Assembly: GCA_963762255.1 (NCBI GenBank)
Contig: CAVXKA010000003.1
Span: forward strand, 32,001-96,000
DNA: 64,000 nucleotides
Origin: Candidatus Eiseniibacteriota bacterium
Lineage (GTDB): Bacteria > Eisenbacteria > RBG-16-71-46 > JABDJR01
Direction: 5' to 3'
Under the pieces are notes generated by a model, which was not told the DNA's origin, ran no database searches, and worked only from the letters and a program-made list of their open reading frames with translations. The position numbers were made by a program, and so were the translations under genes. Position 1 is the first letter of the stretch. Each line of letters opens with the position of its first letter. Positions 29,653 through 43,146 of the stretch are shown one piece after another.

Positions 29653-30909
29653 GTGTTCGGAAAGCACGAGACGGAGATCCTGGTCGTCGGTGCGGGCCCG
29701 GTGGGTCTGTTTGCCGCGGCGGAGTTCACTCGGCGCGGGTTGAAGACCGAGATCGTCGAGGCCGAGTCCCAGGGGGCCGGCTTGAGCTACGCCCTCGCCC
29801 TCCATCCCCGCTCGGTCGAGCTTCTCGAGCCGCTGGGCCTGGCCGACGACGCGGTGCGGGCCGGATACCGCGTGGACCGCCTCGCGTTCTACGAGGGGGC
29901 CGCGCGCCGGGCCGATGTCGATCTCGCCGCGATCGGCGGCAAGCATCCCTACCTCACCATCGTCCCGCAGAGCCTCCTCGAAGCCGCTCTCGAAGAGTGG
30001 CTCCACCGGCACAAGGTCCAGGTCCAATGGCGACACAGGGTCACCGGAATACGCCAAGCGGACAGCCCCGCCGAGGTCACCCTTGAGCGCTGGGGCGAGG
30101 ACATGGTGGGCTACGCGGTAGCCCGCCGCACCCGCGTGATCGAGAAGACCTTTCCGATGCGGGCGCGTTTCGTCCTCGGCGCCGACGGGCACAGCTCGGT
30201 CGTTCGCCGCCGTCTCGACATCGGCTACCCCGAACTCGCGCCCCCAGCGCTCTTCGCCGTGTTCGAGTTCGAAACCGACGCGGACCTGCAGCACGAGGCG
30301 CGGGTCATCCTGGACGACGGCGCGACGAGCGTGCTCTGGCCCTTGCCGAACGGCCGCTGCCGCTGGAGCTTCCAGCTCACCGATCCCGAGGCGTTCGAGG
30401 GGGAACGCGTGAAGAACCGCCTCTCCGAGATCGGCCGCTGGGTCTTCCCCACGTTGGACGAGGATCGTCTGCGGGCTCTCATCGCCGAGCGCGCGCCTTG
30501 GTTCACGTACGCCATCAAGGATGTCATCTGGTCGGTGGCGATCAAGTTCGAGCAGCGGCTGGCATCCTGCTTCGGGCGCGGCGGCCTCTGGCTCACAGGC
30601 GACGCCGCCCACCTCGCCGGCCCGGTTGGCGTCCAGAGCATGAACGTGGGATTCCAGGAGGCGCACGACCTGGCCAAGCGCTTCGAGTCCATCCTGCGCG
30701 GCGGCGCTTCACCGGCGACGCTTGCCGAATACGACACGATGTGGCGCAGGGAATGGCGGCGATTGCTCAACCTGGACGGGGCACTGCGGGTAGGGGCCGG
30801 CGCCTCCCCCTTCGTGGGCAGGAACGCGCCGAGGATCCTCTCCTGCCTGCCGGCCTCCGGCGCGCACCTCGATGCACTGCTCCGGCAGCTCGATCTCACC
30901 GTCGGCTAG
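29653..30909 (+). CDS. FAD-dependent monooxygenase (PheA/TfdB family)
   Basis: GAGPVG, GADGHSSVVR and GDAAH...GVQSMNVG. SD GGAGG precedes the GTG. Confidence 0.88.
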   Translation: MFGKHETEILVVGAGPVGLFAAAEFTRRGLKTEIVEAESQGAGLSYALALHPRSVELLEPLGLADDAVRAGYRVDRLAFYEGAARRADVDLAAIGGKHPYLTIVPQSLLEAALEEWLHRHKVQVQWRHRVTGIRQADSPAEVTLERWGEDMVGYAVARRTRVIEKTFPMRARFVLGADGHSSVVRRRLDIGYPELAPPALFAVFEFETDADLQHEARVILDDGATSVLWPLPNGRCRWSFQLTDPEAFEGERVKNRLSEIGRWVFPTLDEDRLRALIAERAPWFTYAIKDVIWSVAIKFEQRLASCFGRGGLWLTGDAAHLAGPVGVQSMNVGFQEAHDLAKRFESILRGGASPATLAEYDTMWRREWRRLLNLDGALRVGAGASPFVGRNAPRILSCLPASGAHLDALLRQLDLTVG

Positions 30910-30929
30910 CCTTCAGCCGGAGCGATCGA

Positions 30930-33900
30930 TCACTGGACCCTCTCGGCCTCCCGGCGCGCCCGCTCGCCTCGCGTGAGTCGCATCTTCACCGCGTTTCCGA
31001 GATCGTCGAAGAACGTGTAGACCACCGGGAGCACGACCAGAGTCAGGATACTGCTGGTGATGAGCCCGCCCACCACGGCACGCGCCATCGGCGCGCGGAA
31101 CTCCGCACCCGCCCCCAGAGCCAGTGCCAGCGGCATCATGCCGAAGATCATCGCGAGGGTCGTCATGACGATGGGCCGGAGCCGGATCTCCCCGGCGTCG
31201 ATGAGCGCGGTGCGCCGGTCGATCCCCTTCGCCCGCCTCTGGTTGGCGAACTCGACCAGGAGGATCGCGTTCTTGGTCACGAGCCCGATGAGCAGGATGA
31301 CTCCGATCATGCTCATGAGGTTGAACGTGCTGCCGCTTACCAAGAGGGCGATCATCACGCCGACCATGGACAGCGGCACCGCGACCATGATCGCCAACGG
31401 GTGGAGGAACGATCCGAACTGACTGGCCAGCACCAGGTAGATGAAGATGATGGCCAGGATGAGACTCTCGACGATGTATCCGACGGTCTCCGCGAAGTCC
31501 TCGCTCTCCCCTCCGAAGGCCACTCCGTAGCCTGTGGGAATCGCGATCGACGCGATGTTCTTCTTCATGTCCCCGGTCACCGCCGTCATGGAGCGACCGT
31601 CGTAGTTCGCCTCCACCATCACGACCCGTTGCATGTCGCGCCGGTCGATCTTCTGCGGGCTGGCGCCCGGGATGATCGACGCCACGTGGCCGAGACGGAT
31701 CACCCGGGACGCTCCGGTCGCGGGATCGATCCCGCCCGCCGCCAGAGGCAGCGAGGCGAGCTGCTCCACCGAGCGGCGCGCCGTCTCCGGCAGGCGAACG
31801 ATGACGTCGTGCTGTTCCCCGCCGGGGTCCTCCCAGGTCGAGACCTTTTCAGAAGCCATGGCGGGTCGGAGCATCTGCGCCACCGCGCCCACCCCCACCC
31901 CCAACTCGCTCGCCTTCTGGCGGTCGATGCGCACCTGGACCTCGGGGCGGTCCTCCTCCAGGCCGGACTGCGCTTCGATCGCGCCGGGCGTGGACCGCAC
32001 CGCGGCCAGTACCTCGTCCGAGATCCGGCGCAACTCGTCGATCTGGTCTCCCTTGACGTAGATCTGGAGCGGACGTTGCTCCCCTCCGAAGCCTCCGGCG
32101 GGAAGAACCGCCACCGTCACCCCGGCGAGGCCTTCCATGTCCCGCCGGAGCACACGCTGCAGCTCCTGCTGAGAGAGATCGCGATCCCCCTTGGGCACGA
32201 GCTTCACGTAGACGTTCGCCTCGTTCACCTGCGCGGTCCAACCCCCACCGATGGTCTCGTAGGTATAGGCGACCTCGGTGCGGCGGCGCACGACGGCGGA
32301 GACCTCCCGCAAGCGGTCACGCGTGTAATCGAGTGTGGAGCCCACCGGGGCCTTCACCAGCACCGCGAGTTGCTCGTCGTCGGAATCGGGCATGAACGTG
32401 CCGCCCACGAACGGGAACAGCGCGAGACCGGCCACGAACGCCGCCACCGCGATGGCCACGGTGAGGCCTCGGTGGGAGAGCGCCCATCCGACCACTCCGC
32501 GGTACCACTTCCCCAATCCCACGAAGCTGTCGTTGAACTTCACCAGCGCGCGCCCGATCGGCCCGCGCGCGGTGTGTCCGGCCGCGACCGGGTCGTACCA
32601 CACCGAGGAGAGCATCGGGTCGAGGGTGAAGGAGACGAAGAGGCTCACCGCCACCGCGGCGGCCACCGTCACTCCGAACTCGCGGAAGAACTTCCCCACG
32701 ATGCCGCCCATGAACGCCACCGGGACGAACACGCAGAGCGTGGCGGCGGTGGTGGCGAGCACGGCGAGGCCGATCTCGTTGGTGCCGAGGCGGGCCGCCG
32801 TGTGGTGATCCTCCCCCATGCGCCACGTGCCGCACGATGTTTTCGCGCACCACGATCGCGTCGTCGATGAGGATGCCGATGGCCAGCGAGAGCGCCATCA
32901 GGGTCATGGTGTTGAGCGTGTAACCAAAGGCGTAGATGGCCAGGAACGCCGAGATCACCGCCACCGGCAGGGTGAGCCCGGTGATGACGGTGGAGCGCCA
33001 CGAGTTGAGGAAGGTGAACACCACGATCACGGTGAGAAGCGCCCCGAGCAGGATCGTGATCTTCACGTCTTCGACCGAGTCCCTGATCCACACCGAGTCG
33101 TCGCGCACGATCGAGAGTTCGATACCGGGCGGCAGCTCGCGGCGGAACTCCTCTACCGTGGCCTTCAGGTTCTCCGCGATCTGGACCGTGTTTCCACCCC
33201 GCACCTTGCGGATGTCGATGCCGATGGCCGGCACCCCGTCCACCATCGCCGCCGAGCGCGGATCCTCGGCGTCGTCCCGGGTGACCGCGACGTCACCCAG
33301 CCGGATGGGCACCCCGCCGCGCATGTCCACCACGAGGCGGTCGAATTCCGCCGGGTCCTGCAACCGGCCCGCCACCCGCACCAGCCGCTCGCCGGGTCCG
33401 AACTCGAGCCGACCCGCCGGAACCTCGCGATTCTCCGAGGCCAGCGTGGCCATGATCTGCGCCACCGTCACCGACCGGGCCGCCATGCGCTCGGGGTCCA
33501 TCTCCACCGCGATCACGCGCTTCTCCGCGCCGATGACCGTGATCTGGCCCACGCCGTCCACGCCCTCGATCCGTTTCTTCAGGGTCTCCTCGGCGAGGCT
33601 CGTCAGCTCGCGCAAGCTGCGCGTGTCCGAGCGCAGGGCGAGGGAGATGATCGGGAGATCGGCGAGGCTGAACCTCAGAACCTTTGGCTCCTCGGCCTGC
33701 TCGGGCAGAAGTTCGCGAATTTCCTCGATCTTGGATCGCACGTCCTGCTGCGCGTCGAGGTCCTTCACGTTGAGCTCGAACTCGATGAAGATCGAGGAGA
33801 GGCCTTCCTGCGACGTCGAGGTGAGTTGCCGCACCCCCGCGATCGGGTTCACCGCCTCTTCGATGGGCCGTGTGAGTTCCCGCTCCACCGCTTCCGGCGA

Positions 33901-34062
33901 AGCGCCCGGATAGATCGTCTGCACCACGATGAACGGGAAGGTGACGTTCGGCCATTGATCGATGGCCAGGCGCCGGTAGGAGAAGAGTCCCAGGGTGAGG
34001 AGCGCACCCATCATCATGGTGGCGAAGACCGGCCGCTTGATCGAGAGCTCGGAGAGGAACAT
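30930..34062 (-). CDS. RND efflux permease (AcrB/MdtB family; frameshift at ~32820)
   Basis: [22 protein letters not shown] and [11 protein letters not shown]. Confidence 0.93.
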
Positions 34063-34071
34063 CGTCTGCCC

Positions 34072-35251
34072 CTACTGCCCCGACGCCGGGTTCGGGGTGG
34101 CGGCCAGAACCTGGACTGCCACGCCGTCGCGAATGCCCGGCAGCACCCCGGTGAGGAGCGAGTCGCCTGCCGCCACCTCCGCCATGAGTTCCACCAGTCC
34201 CCTCTCTTCATCCCGGAGACCGATGCGCACGGGCAAGCGCTGGGCCTTACCGTTGCGGACACGGTAGACGACGTCCTCGGCGCCCTCCCGCCGCAGCGCG
34301 GCGACCGGCGCCGCCAGCGCGCTGTCGCGTGCCGCGTCGATCACGCGGCCGCTGGCGAACATCCCGCCCACCAGCCGACCGTCCGGGTTCGGGATCCGCG
34401 CGTACACCCTCACCTGCCGCGTGCCCGGCTCCGTCGTGGGGTTCACGCGGTCCAGACAGCGCCTCGAAGCTCTCGTTCGGGAACGCGTCGATGCGGAAGC
34501 GCATGATCGCGCCGACCCGAACCCGACCCAGGGCCTCCGACGGCACCGTCCCCGAAAGCTCCAAGGTATCCGTGTCCACCACGGTGAGCAAGGGATCGCC
34601 GATGGCGGTGCGACTCCCCTCATGGACGAAGATCTCGCTGACGGCGCCGGAGAACGGGGACGGCACGCGAAGCCGATCGGCGTTCTCTCGCGTGTGACTT
34701 TGAACCGCCTCCGCCGCTTGCACGCGCGCTTCGGCGGCCGAACGCATCGCGGTGGCCGTTTCCAGATCGCTCGGCGAGGCCGCGCCCGCATCCAGGAGTC
34801 GCGCCGCCCGCCGCTCCGCGTTCTGCGCGGCGAGGAGCTGCGCCTGCGCGGCAAGGAGATCCGCGTCCGCGGCCTGGTTCACATCCCGGATGTCCCGCGC
34901 CTCGTACTGTGCGAGCGCCTGGCCGCGCCGGACGGACTCCCCTTCGCGCACGAACACCTTGCGGATGTCGCCGTCGAAGCGCGCGATCACCTGCGTCGTT
35001 TCCTGGGGGCGCAGATCGCCGGTGAACAGCACCCCCGACTCCAGCCGCTGCGCTTCCACCCGCGCGATGTCCCCCGCGCTGACCAAGAGCGCCGCCGGGG
35101 CCACGCTCTCCGCAGATGAACCCCCCTTCGAGCAGCCCGCGACCATCGCCAGAATTACCAGCATGGCCGCGGTGTGCAGCGCGCGCGTCGCGGCGGAGAC
35201 AGGCCTCCGCAGGGTCGGCATCGCTCGATCGGGGGAGTAGACGTGCGTCAT
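34072..35251 (-). CDS. RND membrane fusion protein (frameshift at ~34455)
   Basis: Lipobox VAGC, barrel-sandwich/hairpin motifs and PNPDGRLVGGMFA. Confidence 0.9.
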
Positions 35252-36684
35252 GGTCCGGTCTCCTGCGGCGCGGTCGCCGTGAACAGCGGCCGCCCCGTGT
35301 AGCGCTCGATCAGGGCCAGCGCGAGGAAGTAATCGCGGCGCGCCTCGGCTTCGTTGTTGAGCGCGATCTGCCAGGCGATGCGCGCGTCATTCACCTCGAG
35401 CTGGCTCGCCGCCCCCTCTTCGTAGCGCAGGTTGGCGAGGTACAGGGTGCGCTCGGCCAGCTCCACCGTGCGCGTGCGCGCGCGGAGGTCGGCGGCGGAG
35501 CGCTCCATCTCCAGCCGGCCCTGCAGCACGGCTTCCCCGACCAGTTCGCGTAGGCCGGCAAGATCGTGGCGCGCTCGATCCCGGTTCGCCTTGGCCTCGC
35601 GGATCGCGCCCTTCGTGAGAAAACCGTCGAAGATGCTCCAGCTCACCATGACGCCGACGTTCTTGTCGCGGATCCAGTCCCGCCGCGCCGGAAACACATC
35701 TTCCGGGAACGCCTGCTGCGACACTCCGCCGAAGAGGGAGAATTCCGGGTAGAGGGCCGCTGCCGCCACCGGGACCGCATGCTCGCGGGCCTTGAGCGCT
35801 TCCTCCGCCGCGATGACGCCGGCGTGATGCATCGCTTCCTCGGCGATCCCGACCGTATCGACCCGAGCGGGGTCGTCCGGCACAGCCCGATCCTCCAGCA
35901 GGGGCGAGGTCAGCGCGAGGGGTCCCTGCCCGAAGTTGCACACCCGTCGCAACTCCAGGTACGCAAGCTGTCGCGCCTCGTGCACGGCCTTCACCTGCGG
36001 AATCTGGTTATCGCGCGCGACCTCCGCCTGCAAGAGCTCGTACTCGGAGGCATCGCCGGCCTCCTGGCGCAGCCGCACCCGCGTCAGGTGCGTCTCGGCC
36101 TGGTCGAGCCCAAGGCGCACGATGCGCTCCCGACGGTCCGCGAGGAGCGCGTCGAGGTACGTCTGGCGCACGATCAGCGTCACGTCCTCGGTGCGGTCCT
36201 CCCGCAGGAGATCCGCCGACTTGAGCGCGTGTTTCGCCGCGGCGATGGCCCCCCAGATCGAGCCTCCCTGAAAGATCTTCTGCTTCACGGTGAGGCCCAC
36301 CACCCAACTGTTCTTGCTGGCGAATGAGCTCTGGCTGAAGAGTTGGGAGAGGGCATAGAAGCCCGAGCCGGGAAGGGCATCCTCCAGGGCGCGCACTCGA
36401 TCCTCGATCGACGAGGTGGTGTCGGGCTCGAAGGACGGCCCGCCCGAATCCTGCTGCCCGAAGACGCTCTCGATCTGGCGCGTATAGGTGGCGTTGAGCG
36501 AGATCTGCGGAAGCGCGGTCGAGCGCACTTGCAAGTAGCGCGCGCTGGCCACGCTGCGGTCGACCTCGGCGAGGCGGATCTCCTCGCCGTGCGCGAGCGC
36601 GTGCGCCACGCATGCGTCGAGGGAGACTCGCAGCGTATCCGGGGATGGCGCGGGTTCCGCGGCCAGGCCCGCCGATGCGCACAC
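35248..36684 (-). CDS. TolC-family outer membrane efflux protein (start uncertain)
   Basis: Two OEP repeats (LPQISLNA, RYEEGAASQLEV), upstream of the MFP and RND genes. Confidence 0.88.
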   Translation of the reverse strand: MCASAGLAAEPAPSPDTLRVSLDACVAHALAHGEEIRLAEVDRSVASARYLQVRSTALPQISLNATYTRQIESVFGQQDSGGPSFEPDTTSSIEDRVRALEDALPGSGFYALSQLFSQSSFASKNSWVVGLTVKQKIFQGGSIWGAIAAAKHALKSADLLREDRTEDVTLIVRQTYLDALLADRRERIVRLGLDQAETHLTRVRLRQEAGDASEYELLQAEVARDNQIPQVKAVHEARQLAYLELRRVCNFGQGPLALTSPLLEDRAVPDDPARVDTVGIAEEAMHHAGVIAAEEALKAREHAVPVAAAALYPEFSLFGGVSQQAFPEDVFPARRDWIRDKNVGVMVSWSIFDGFLTKGAIREAKANRDRARHDLAGLRELVGEAVLQGRLEMERSAADLRARTRTVELAERTLYLANLRYEEGAASQLEVNDARIAWQIALNNEAEARRDYFLALALIERYTGRPLFTATAPQETGP

Positions 36685-36910
36685 CGAGAGCGCGAGGAAC
36701 GCGCACGCCCATCGGGGCGCACGCCCATACCGCGGCGCCTCTCCGCTCGGCGTCCGACTGAGAACGGCGAATCAATAGAAGTTCTGGCACCACCCATCCC
36801 CTCCCGCTCGATGGATCGCGGCCCCCGGAGTCCGCCGGGGGCCCGAACCCCGGCCTGACCCTCGGGTCTCAAGAGGGGTCGGGCGCGTCGTCGGGTAAGA
36901 AAACGCGGAG

Positions 36911-36939
36911 AGCCTAGGGGGATAGAGGAGGACTGTCAA
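36911..36939 (-). promoter_or_regulatory. Sigma70 promoter of the efflux operon
   Basis: TTGACA-17 nt-TAGGCT. Confidence 0.65.
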
Positions 36940-36990
36940 GAAAGCAGCTTGGAAATCGAGCGCTCACGAAAGCGAACGCCGTCATGAAAG

Positions 36991-37027
36991 AAGGAAGGGC
37001 CCCCTGCCGAAGCAAGAGGCCCTCCTT
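36991..37027 (-). terminator. Terminator after sod
   Basis: AAGGAGGGCCTCTTGC-TTCG-GCAGGGGGCCCTTCCTT followed by CTTT. Confidence 0.65.
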
Positions 37028-37043
37028 GGCGACCGCGCTGCGC

Positions 37044-37652
37044 CTACCCCTTCAGGGTCTTCGCATCCTTGAGTCGGCGATTCACGTCATCCCAGTTCAC
37101 GAGGTTCCAGAAGGCGCTCACCCACTCCGCCTTGCGGTTCTCGTACTGCAGGTAGAACGCGTGCTCCCAGACGTCGCACACGAGAACCGGCACGGCCCCC
37201 TGCGCGTGCTCGGCCTGGTGATCGTAGACCTGCTGCACCAGGAGCTTCCCCGCCAGCGGTTCCCAGGAGAGCACTCCCCATCCGGATCCCTGCACGCCCA
37301 GCGTGGCGGCGTTGAACTGCTTCTGGAACGCGCCGAACGCGCCGAAATCGGTCTCGATCTGTCCCTTCAGCTCACCGGTCGGCTCGCCGCCCCCCTTCGG
37401 CTTCATGTTGGTCCAGAACATCGAGTGGAGCTTGTGACCGGAGACGTGGAAAGCGAGGCTCTTCTCGAGCTGGTTGATGGCGCCGAAGTCGTCTTTCTGG
37501 CGCGCCTCGTGCAGCTTCTCCAGGGTCTGGTTGGCGCCGGCCACGTACGCGGCATGATGCTTGTCGTGATGAAGCTGGAGGATCTTGGCGATCAAATGAG
37601 GCTCGAGAGCGTTGTAGTCATAGGGAAGATCGGGCAGGGTGTACACGGGCAT
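37044..37652 (-). CDS. sodA: Fe/Mn superoxide dismutase
   Basis: LPYDYNALEP, HHDKHH and DVWEHAFY motifs. Confidence 0.96.
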   Translation of the reverse strand: MPVYTLPDLPYDYNALEPHLIAKILQLHHDKHHAAYVAGANQTLEKLHEARQKDDFGAINQLEKSLAFHVSGHKLHSMFWTNMKPKGGGEPTGELKGQIETDFGAFGAFQKQFNAATLGVQGSGWGVLSWEPLAGKLLVQQVYDHQAEHAQGAVPVLVCDVWEHAFYLQYENRKAEWVSAFWNLVNWDDVNRRLKDAKTLKG

Positions 37653-37728
37653 GATTCAACTCCTTCTTCGATAATCGGACAATTGCGGACGATGACGAAA
37701 CGATTATCCCGTCGGCTCACGTGCATTG

Positions 37729-38253
37729 TCAACGCGCCACGAGAGTCCCGAGTCCCTCCGAACCGAACCGCGTCGTGTCCCACTCCGCGCTCACCAGGCT
37801 GTCGCGCGAAGCGACGAACGCGAATTTCGTCTGTTTTGACGGATCGCGCGGCGGACCGATCACGATTCTCACCAGCGCGCCGTCCCGACTCCAGCGGCCG
37901 CTCTCCACGCGCTGCCCCTTGCCCACGAACTCCGTCTTGAAGACGCATGTGCTGTCGGGGCGCAGATCCAGGCTGATCCGCCGCAGGGACGCGTCCGCGG
38001 CCGGGAGTTCGACCACGTACTTCCCCGTCGGCAAAGCCGCGGGGAGGGACTCCGCCGAGGGCGGCGCAACGGCGATGTGCGCGGAGGGCGCCGAAATCAC
38101 CGAGTCCTCGGAGACCGCCCGCTGACGATCCGCCGCCTGTTGATCAGCAGCTTGTTGATCCCCGGCCGGACGATCCGCCGCCTTCGGCGCCTCCTGGCAA
38201 CCGGCAAGAAGAAGCGTCAACGTCAGAGCGCCCGAAGCGATGCCGTGAACCAT
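37729..38253 (-). CDS. Lipoprotein with NlpE N-terminal-like domain
   Basis: Lipobox LAGC and GKYVVELPAAD...SLDLRPD...ESGRW. Confidence 0.65.
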   Translation of the reverse strand: MVHGIASGALTLTLLLAGCQEAPKAADRPAGDQQAADQQAADRQRAVSEDSVISAPSAHIAVAPPSAESLPAALPTGKYVVELPAADASLRRISLDLRPDSTCVFKTEFVGKGQRVESGRWSRDGALVRIVIGPPRDPSKQTKFAFVASRDSLVSAEWDTTRFGSEGLGTLVAR

Positions 38254-38299
38254 TCTCAGTCGACCTCCTCGCCAGACCGCGGCCTGAGATTCCGATCCC

Positions 38300-39517
38300 C
38301 TATAGCTTCACGAGCTCGACGCGTCGATTGTTCGCCTTGCCCTCGGGAGTGTCGTTGGTGTCGATCGGCTGACCTTCGCCCCACCCCTTGCTCTCGAGGC
38401 GGGAGGCATCGACCTTGTAGGTGTCCACCAGGTAGGTCCGCGCCGCCGCGGCCCGCTTCTCGGAGAGGGTCTGGTTGGCCGCGTCGGCGCCGTCGCTGTC
38501 GGTGTGGCCTTCAATGGATAGGCGCAGCGTGGGATTGTCGGTGAGCATCGCGCCGATGTCGGCGAGGGTCTTGTACGACTCCGCCTTGATCTTGTCCGAA
38601 CCGGAATCGAAGAGGATGCCGTGGGTGACGATGCGCCCCGCCTCGTCGAGCTGCTCCTTGAGCGTCTTGCCGCCCTCGGCGTAGCGGAATGTTCCGAGCA
38701 GCATCGGATTCTCCGCGTTGTGGTGTCCGGGCCACACCAGCACACGGAGGGCGACCGGCTTGAAGTCGTCCACGGCGGGTATGTTGCCGACGCGCTCATT
38801 GTCGATGTAGCACTTCATCGTGGTCTTCGTGGCCATGACGCGCATCGTGTGGGGCGACGAGGCAGATACCGCAACATCCTTGTTGGCCAGCTCCTTTCCC
38901 AGGATCCTCACACCCGTACCGTCATTGTTTCCAATGAAGAACTCGCCGATCACACCACCATCGGCATCGAGCCACTGGATGCAATAACGGTGCCCCCAGG
39001 CCTCCACCTTCTTGGGCAGGAAGTCCCACTCGACGGTGTACTTGGGCGGCAGCGGCGCCGGTGCGATCTTGGGACGGATGTATCCCTGATCGCTGCACAT
39101 GATCCACTTTCTGTCGCCCATCTTCGTGATCTCGAAGACGCCTTGGTCCAGGTTCCAGCGCGAGGGAAACTCCCCCATCTCCTCGCCCGAGAGGTCGTCG
39201 TAGAAGATCACCTTGTCCCCGGGGATGAAGTCGTACTTCGTATAGAGGGTCATGCTCTCCGAGGTCGCGGTTCCCCCCTTGGCCCCCTCCGCCGGCTTGG
39301 CGCCCTCTTCTTCCGCCTCCGCGCCCTCTCCTTCGGCCGGAGCGGGTTCCTTCTTCGATCCGTCGAGCGCCTCGTCGACCTTCTTGTCGACCTTTTCCTC
39401 GGCCTTCTTCTTGGCCTTGTCCTTGAGCTTCCCGAACTGGGCCTCGGCCGGGCTCAGGGCGGCAAGGACGGCAACCGACATCATCGCTAGGACCAGCAGG
39501 CTCAGGAATCTGCGCAT
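38300..39517 (-). CDS. OmpA-family peptidoglycan-binding protein
   Basis: Signal peptide, [29 protein letters not shown] and NRRVE. Confidence 0.92.
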   Translation of the reverse strand: MRRFLSLLVLAMMSVAVLAALSPAEAQFGKLKDKAKKKAEEKVDKKVDEALDGSKKEPAPAEGEGAEAEEEGAKPAEGAKGGTATSESMTLYTKYDFIPGDKVIFYDDLSGEEMGEFPSRWNLDQGVFEITKMGDRKWIMCSDQGYIRPKIAPAPLPPKYTVEWDFLPKKVEAWGHRYCIQWLDADGGVIGEFFIGNNDGTGVRILGKELANKDVAVSASSPHTMRVMATKTTMKCYIDNERVGNIPAVDDFKPVALRVLVWPGHHNAENPMLLGTFRYAEGGKTLKEQLDEAGRIVTHGILFDSGSDKIKAESYKTLADIGAMLTDNPTLRLSIEGHTDSDGADAANQTLSEKRAAAARTYLVDTYKVDASRLESKGWGEGQPIDTNDTPEGKANNRRVELVKL

Positions 39518-39581
39518 CACATTCTCCTCCAGGATCCGTTTCGTTTTGCTTCCCACGGGCTCCGGGTATCCGTCGCGAATC

Positions 39582-41387
<1,806 letters not shown>

Positions 41388-41444
41388 ACCCGTTCCTCCT
41401 TGCCGAGGCCTAGCCGCGAGTTCGCGGCCCAATGCCTGCGGCCG

Positions 41445-43142
41445 CTACCGCTCGCTCCCTTTCAACGTCTGCAGCTCTCTGAGCAACCGCTCCACCGTCT
41501 CGGCGTCGCCCCGTGCTTCCGCATCGCGGATCGCGTCGCGCAGCTCCGCGCCCCGCACGCGGCTCACCCGCTCCCGCAATCGCCTCACGACGGCATCGAT
41601 TTCGGCGCCTTCGTCGTCTTCGGCCAGCAGCTCCGCCACCAGGGGGCGCTGCGCCGCATCGTCCATCAGGCGGGCCAGGGCGCTCCCCGCATGCTCCGCG
41701 CGCAAGGCGCGCCAGCGGGCATACAGCTCCCGCACCTGCGTCTCACGGAGAGCCTCGTCCGGCAGCAGCTCTTCGTCCGCGACGTCACCCCCGCCGAGCG
41801 CCCATGCCGCGTACAGCCGCCCCAACCGATCGCGCTTCTCCGCCGTCCCGGCCGCTTTCGCGGGCACGCGCGCCGCTCCCGCGGCTTCACCGCGGAGCCG
41901 CCCCGCCTCCCGCACCAGCGTCGCCTCGTCGAACCGAAAACTCTCCGCCGCTTCCTGCAGCAGGATGCGCCTGCGGATCGGGTCGTCGATGCGCGCCCCC
42001 AGATACGCCAGCGCCTTGACCAGATCCTCGCGCTTCTCAAGCCGTCCCAGAAGCGTCTCGCGCGCGAAACTCACCACCCCCGGCGCCTCTGCGCGCAGCG
42101 CCTCCATGGCCTCGGTCCCGCGCTCCCGCACGAACGAATCGGGGTCGTGCCCGTCGGGGAGCGCGATGACCCGCACCTCGAGCCCCTGTCCCAGGAACAC
42201 GCCCGCGCTCTTCCACGCCGCGCGGATGCCCGCGAGATCGCCGTCGAAGAGAAGCACGACCTTGTCCACGTAACGGCGCAGCACGCGCGCCTGGTCCTCG
42301 GTGAACGCGGTGCCGCACGAGGCCACGACCTGCCGAAAACCCGCCTGCGCAAGGGTGAGGGCATCCATGTACCCCTCCACCACCAGCGCTTCAGCCGTGT
42401 CCTTGAGAGCCTCCTTGGCCTCGGCGAGGCCGTAGAGAACACGCCCCTTCGAGAAGACCTCGGTCTCCGGGCTGTTCAAGTATTTCGGCTCTTCATCCCC
42501 CAACGTGCGGGCCCCGAACCCTATCGTGCGGCCCAGCGCGGATCGAATGGGGATGATGACCCGACCCCGAAAGCGGTCGTAGTGACCCCCACGATCGTTG
42601 GGAATCACCAGCCCCGCCCTTTCGAGGAGCGAAAGAGAATACCGCTTTCCGGCCGCTTCCAACAGGTTTGACCAGCCCGTGGGCGCCCATCCGACCCCGA
42701 ATCGCTCCAAAACCCCCGATTCCAGCCCCCGGCTCGCCAGGTAGTCGCGGGCCGGGCCCCCGGTTCGCCCGGCCAGCTCGCGCCGGAAGAACTCCGCCGT
42801 CCACTCCAGCGGGGGGTAAACGCTCTCCTCCTCGGGTCCCGTCCACCCCTTTTGCGGGAGGGGGATACCCGCCCGGGTGGCCAGGTACTCCACCGCCTCG
42901 GGGAAGGACATCTTCTCGAACTCCATGAGGAACCGGAACACGTCTCCCCCCGCACCGCACCCGAAGCATTTGAAGATCTGCCGATCCGGGTTGACCGTGA
43001 ACGAGGGGGTCTTCTCCTGGTGGAAGGGACAGTTCGCCTTCCACGTCCGGCCCGCCCGCTTGAGCTGGACATGCTCGGAGACCACCGACACGATGTCGCT
43101 GCCCTCTCGCACGCGCTCGATGAGATCCGGCGGGTACTTCAT
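41445..43142 (-). CDS. dnaG: DNA primase
   Basis: CPFHQEKTPSF...CFGC, KYLNSPET, VEGYMD and FDGD. Confidence 0.97.
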   Translation of the reverse strand: MKYPPDLIERVREGSDIVSVVSEHVQLKRAGRTWKANCPFHQEKTPSFTVNPDRQIFKCFGCGAGGDVFRFLMEFEKMSFPEAVEYLATRAGIPLPQKGWTGPEEESVYPPLEWTAEFFRRELAGRTGGPARDYLASRGLESGVLERFGVGWAPTGWSNLLEAAGKRYSLSLLERAGLVIPNDRGGHYDRFRGRVIIPIRSALGRTIGFGARTLGDEEPKYLNSPETEVFSKGRVLYGLAEAKEALKDTAEALVVEGYMDALTLAQAGFRQVVASCGTAFTEDQARVLRRYVDKVVLLFDGDLAGIRAAWKSAGVFLGQGLEVRVIALPDGHDPDSFVRERGTEAMEALRAEAPGVVSFARETLLGRLEKREDLVKALAYLGARIDDPIRRRILLQEAAESFRFDEATLVREAGRLRGEAAGAARVPAKAAGTAEKRDRLGRLYAAWALGGGDVADEELLPDEALRETQVRELYARWRALRAEHAGSALARLMDDAAQRPLVAELLAEDDEGAEIDAVVRRLRERVSRVRGAELRDAIRDAEARGDAETVERLLRELQTLKGSER

Positions 43143-43146
43143 ACTT

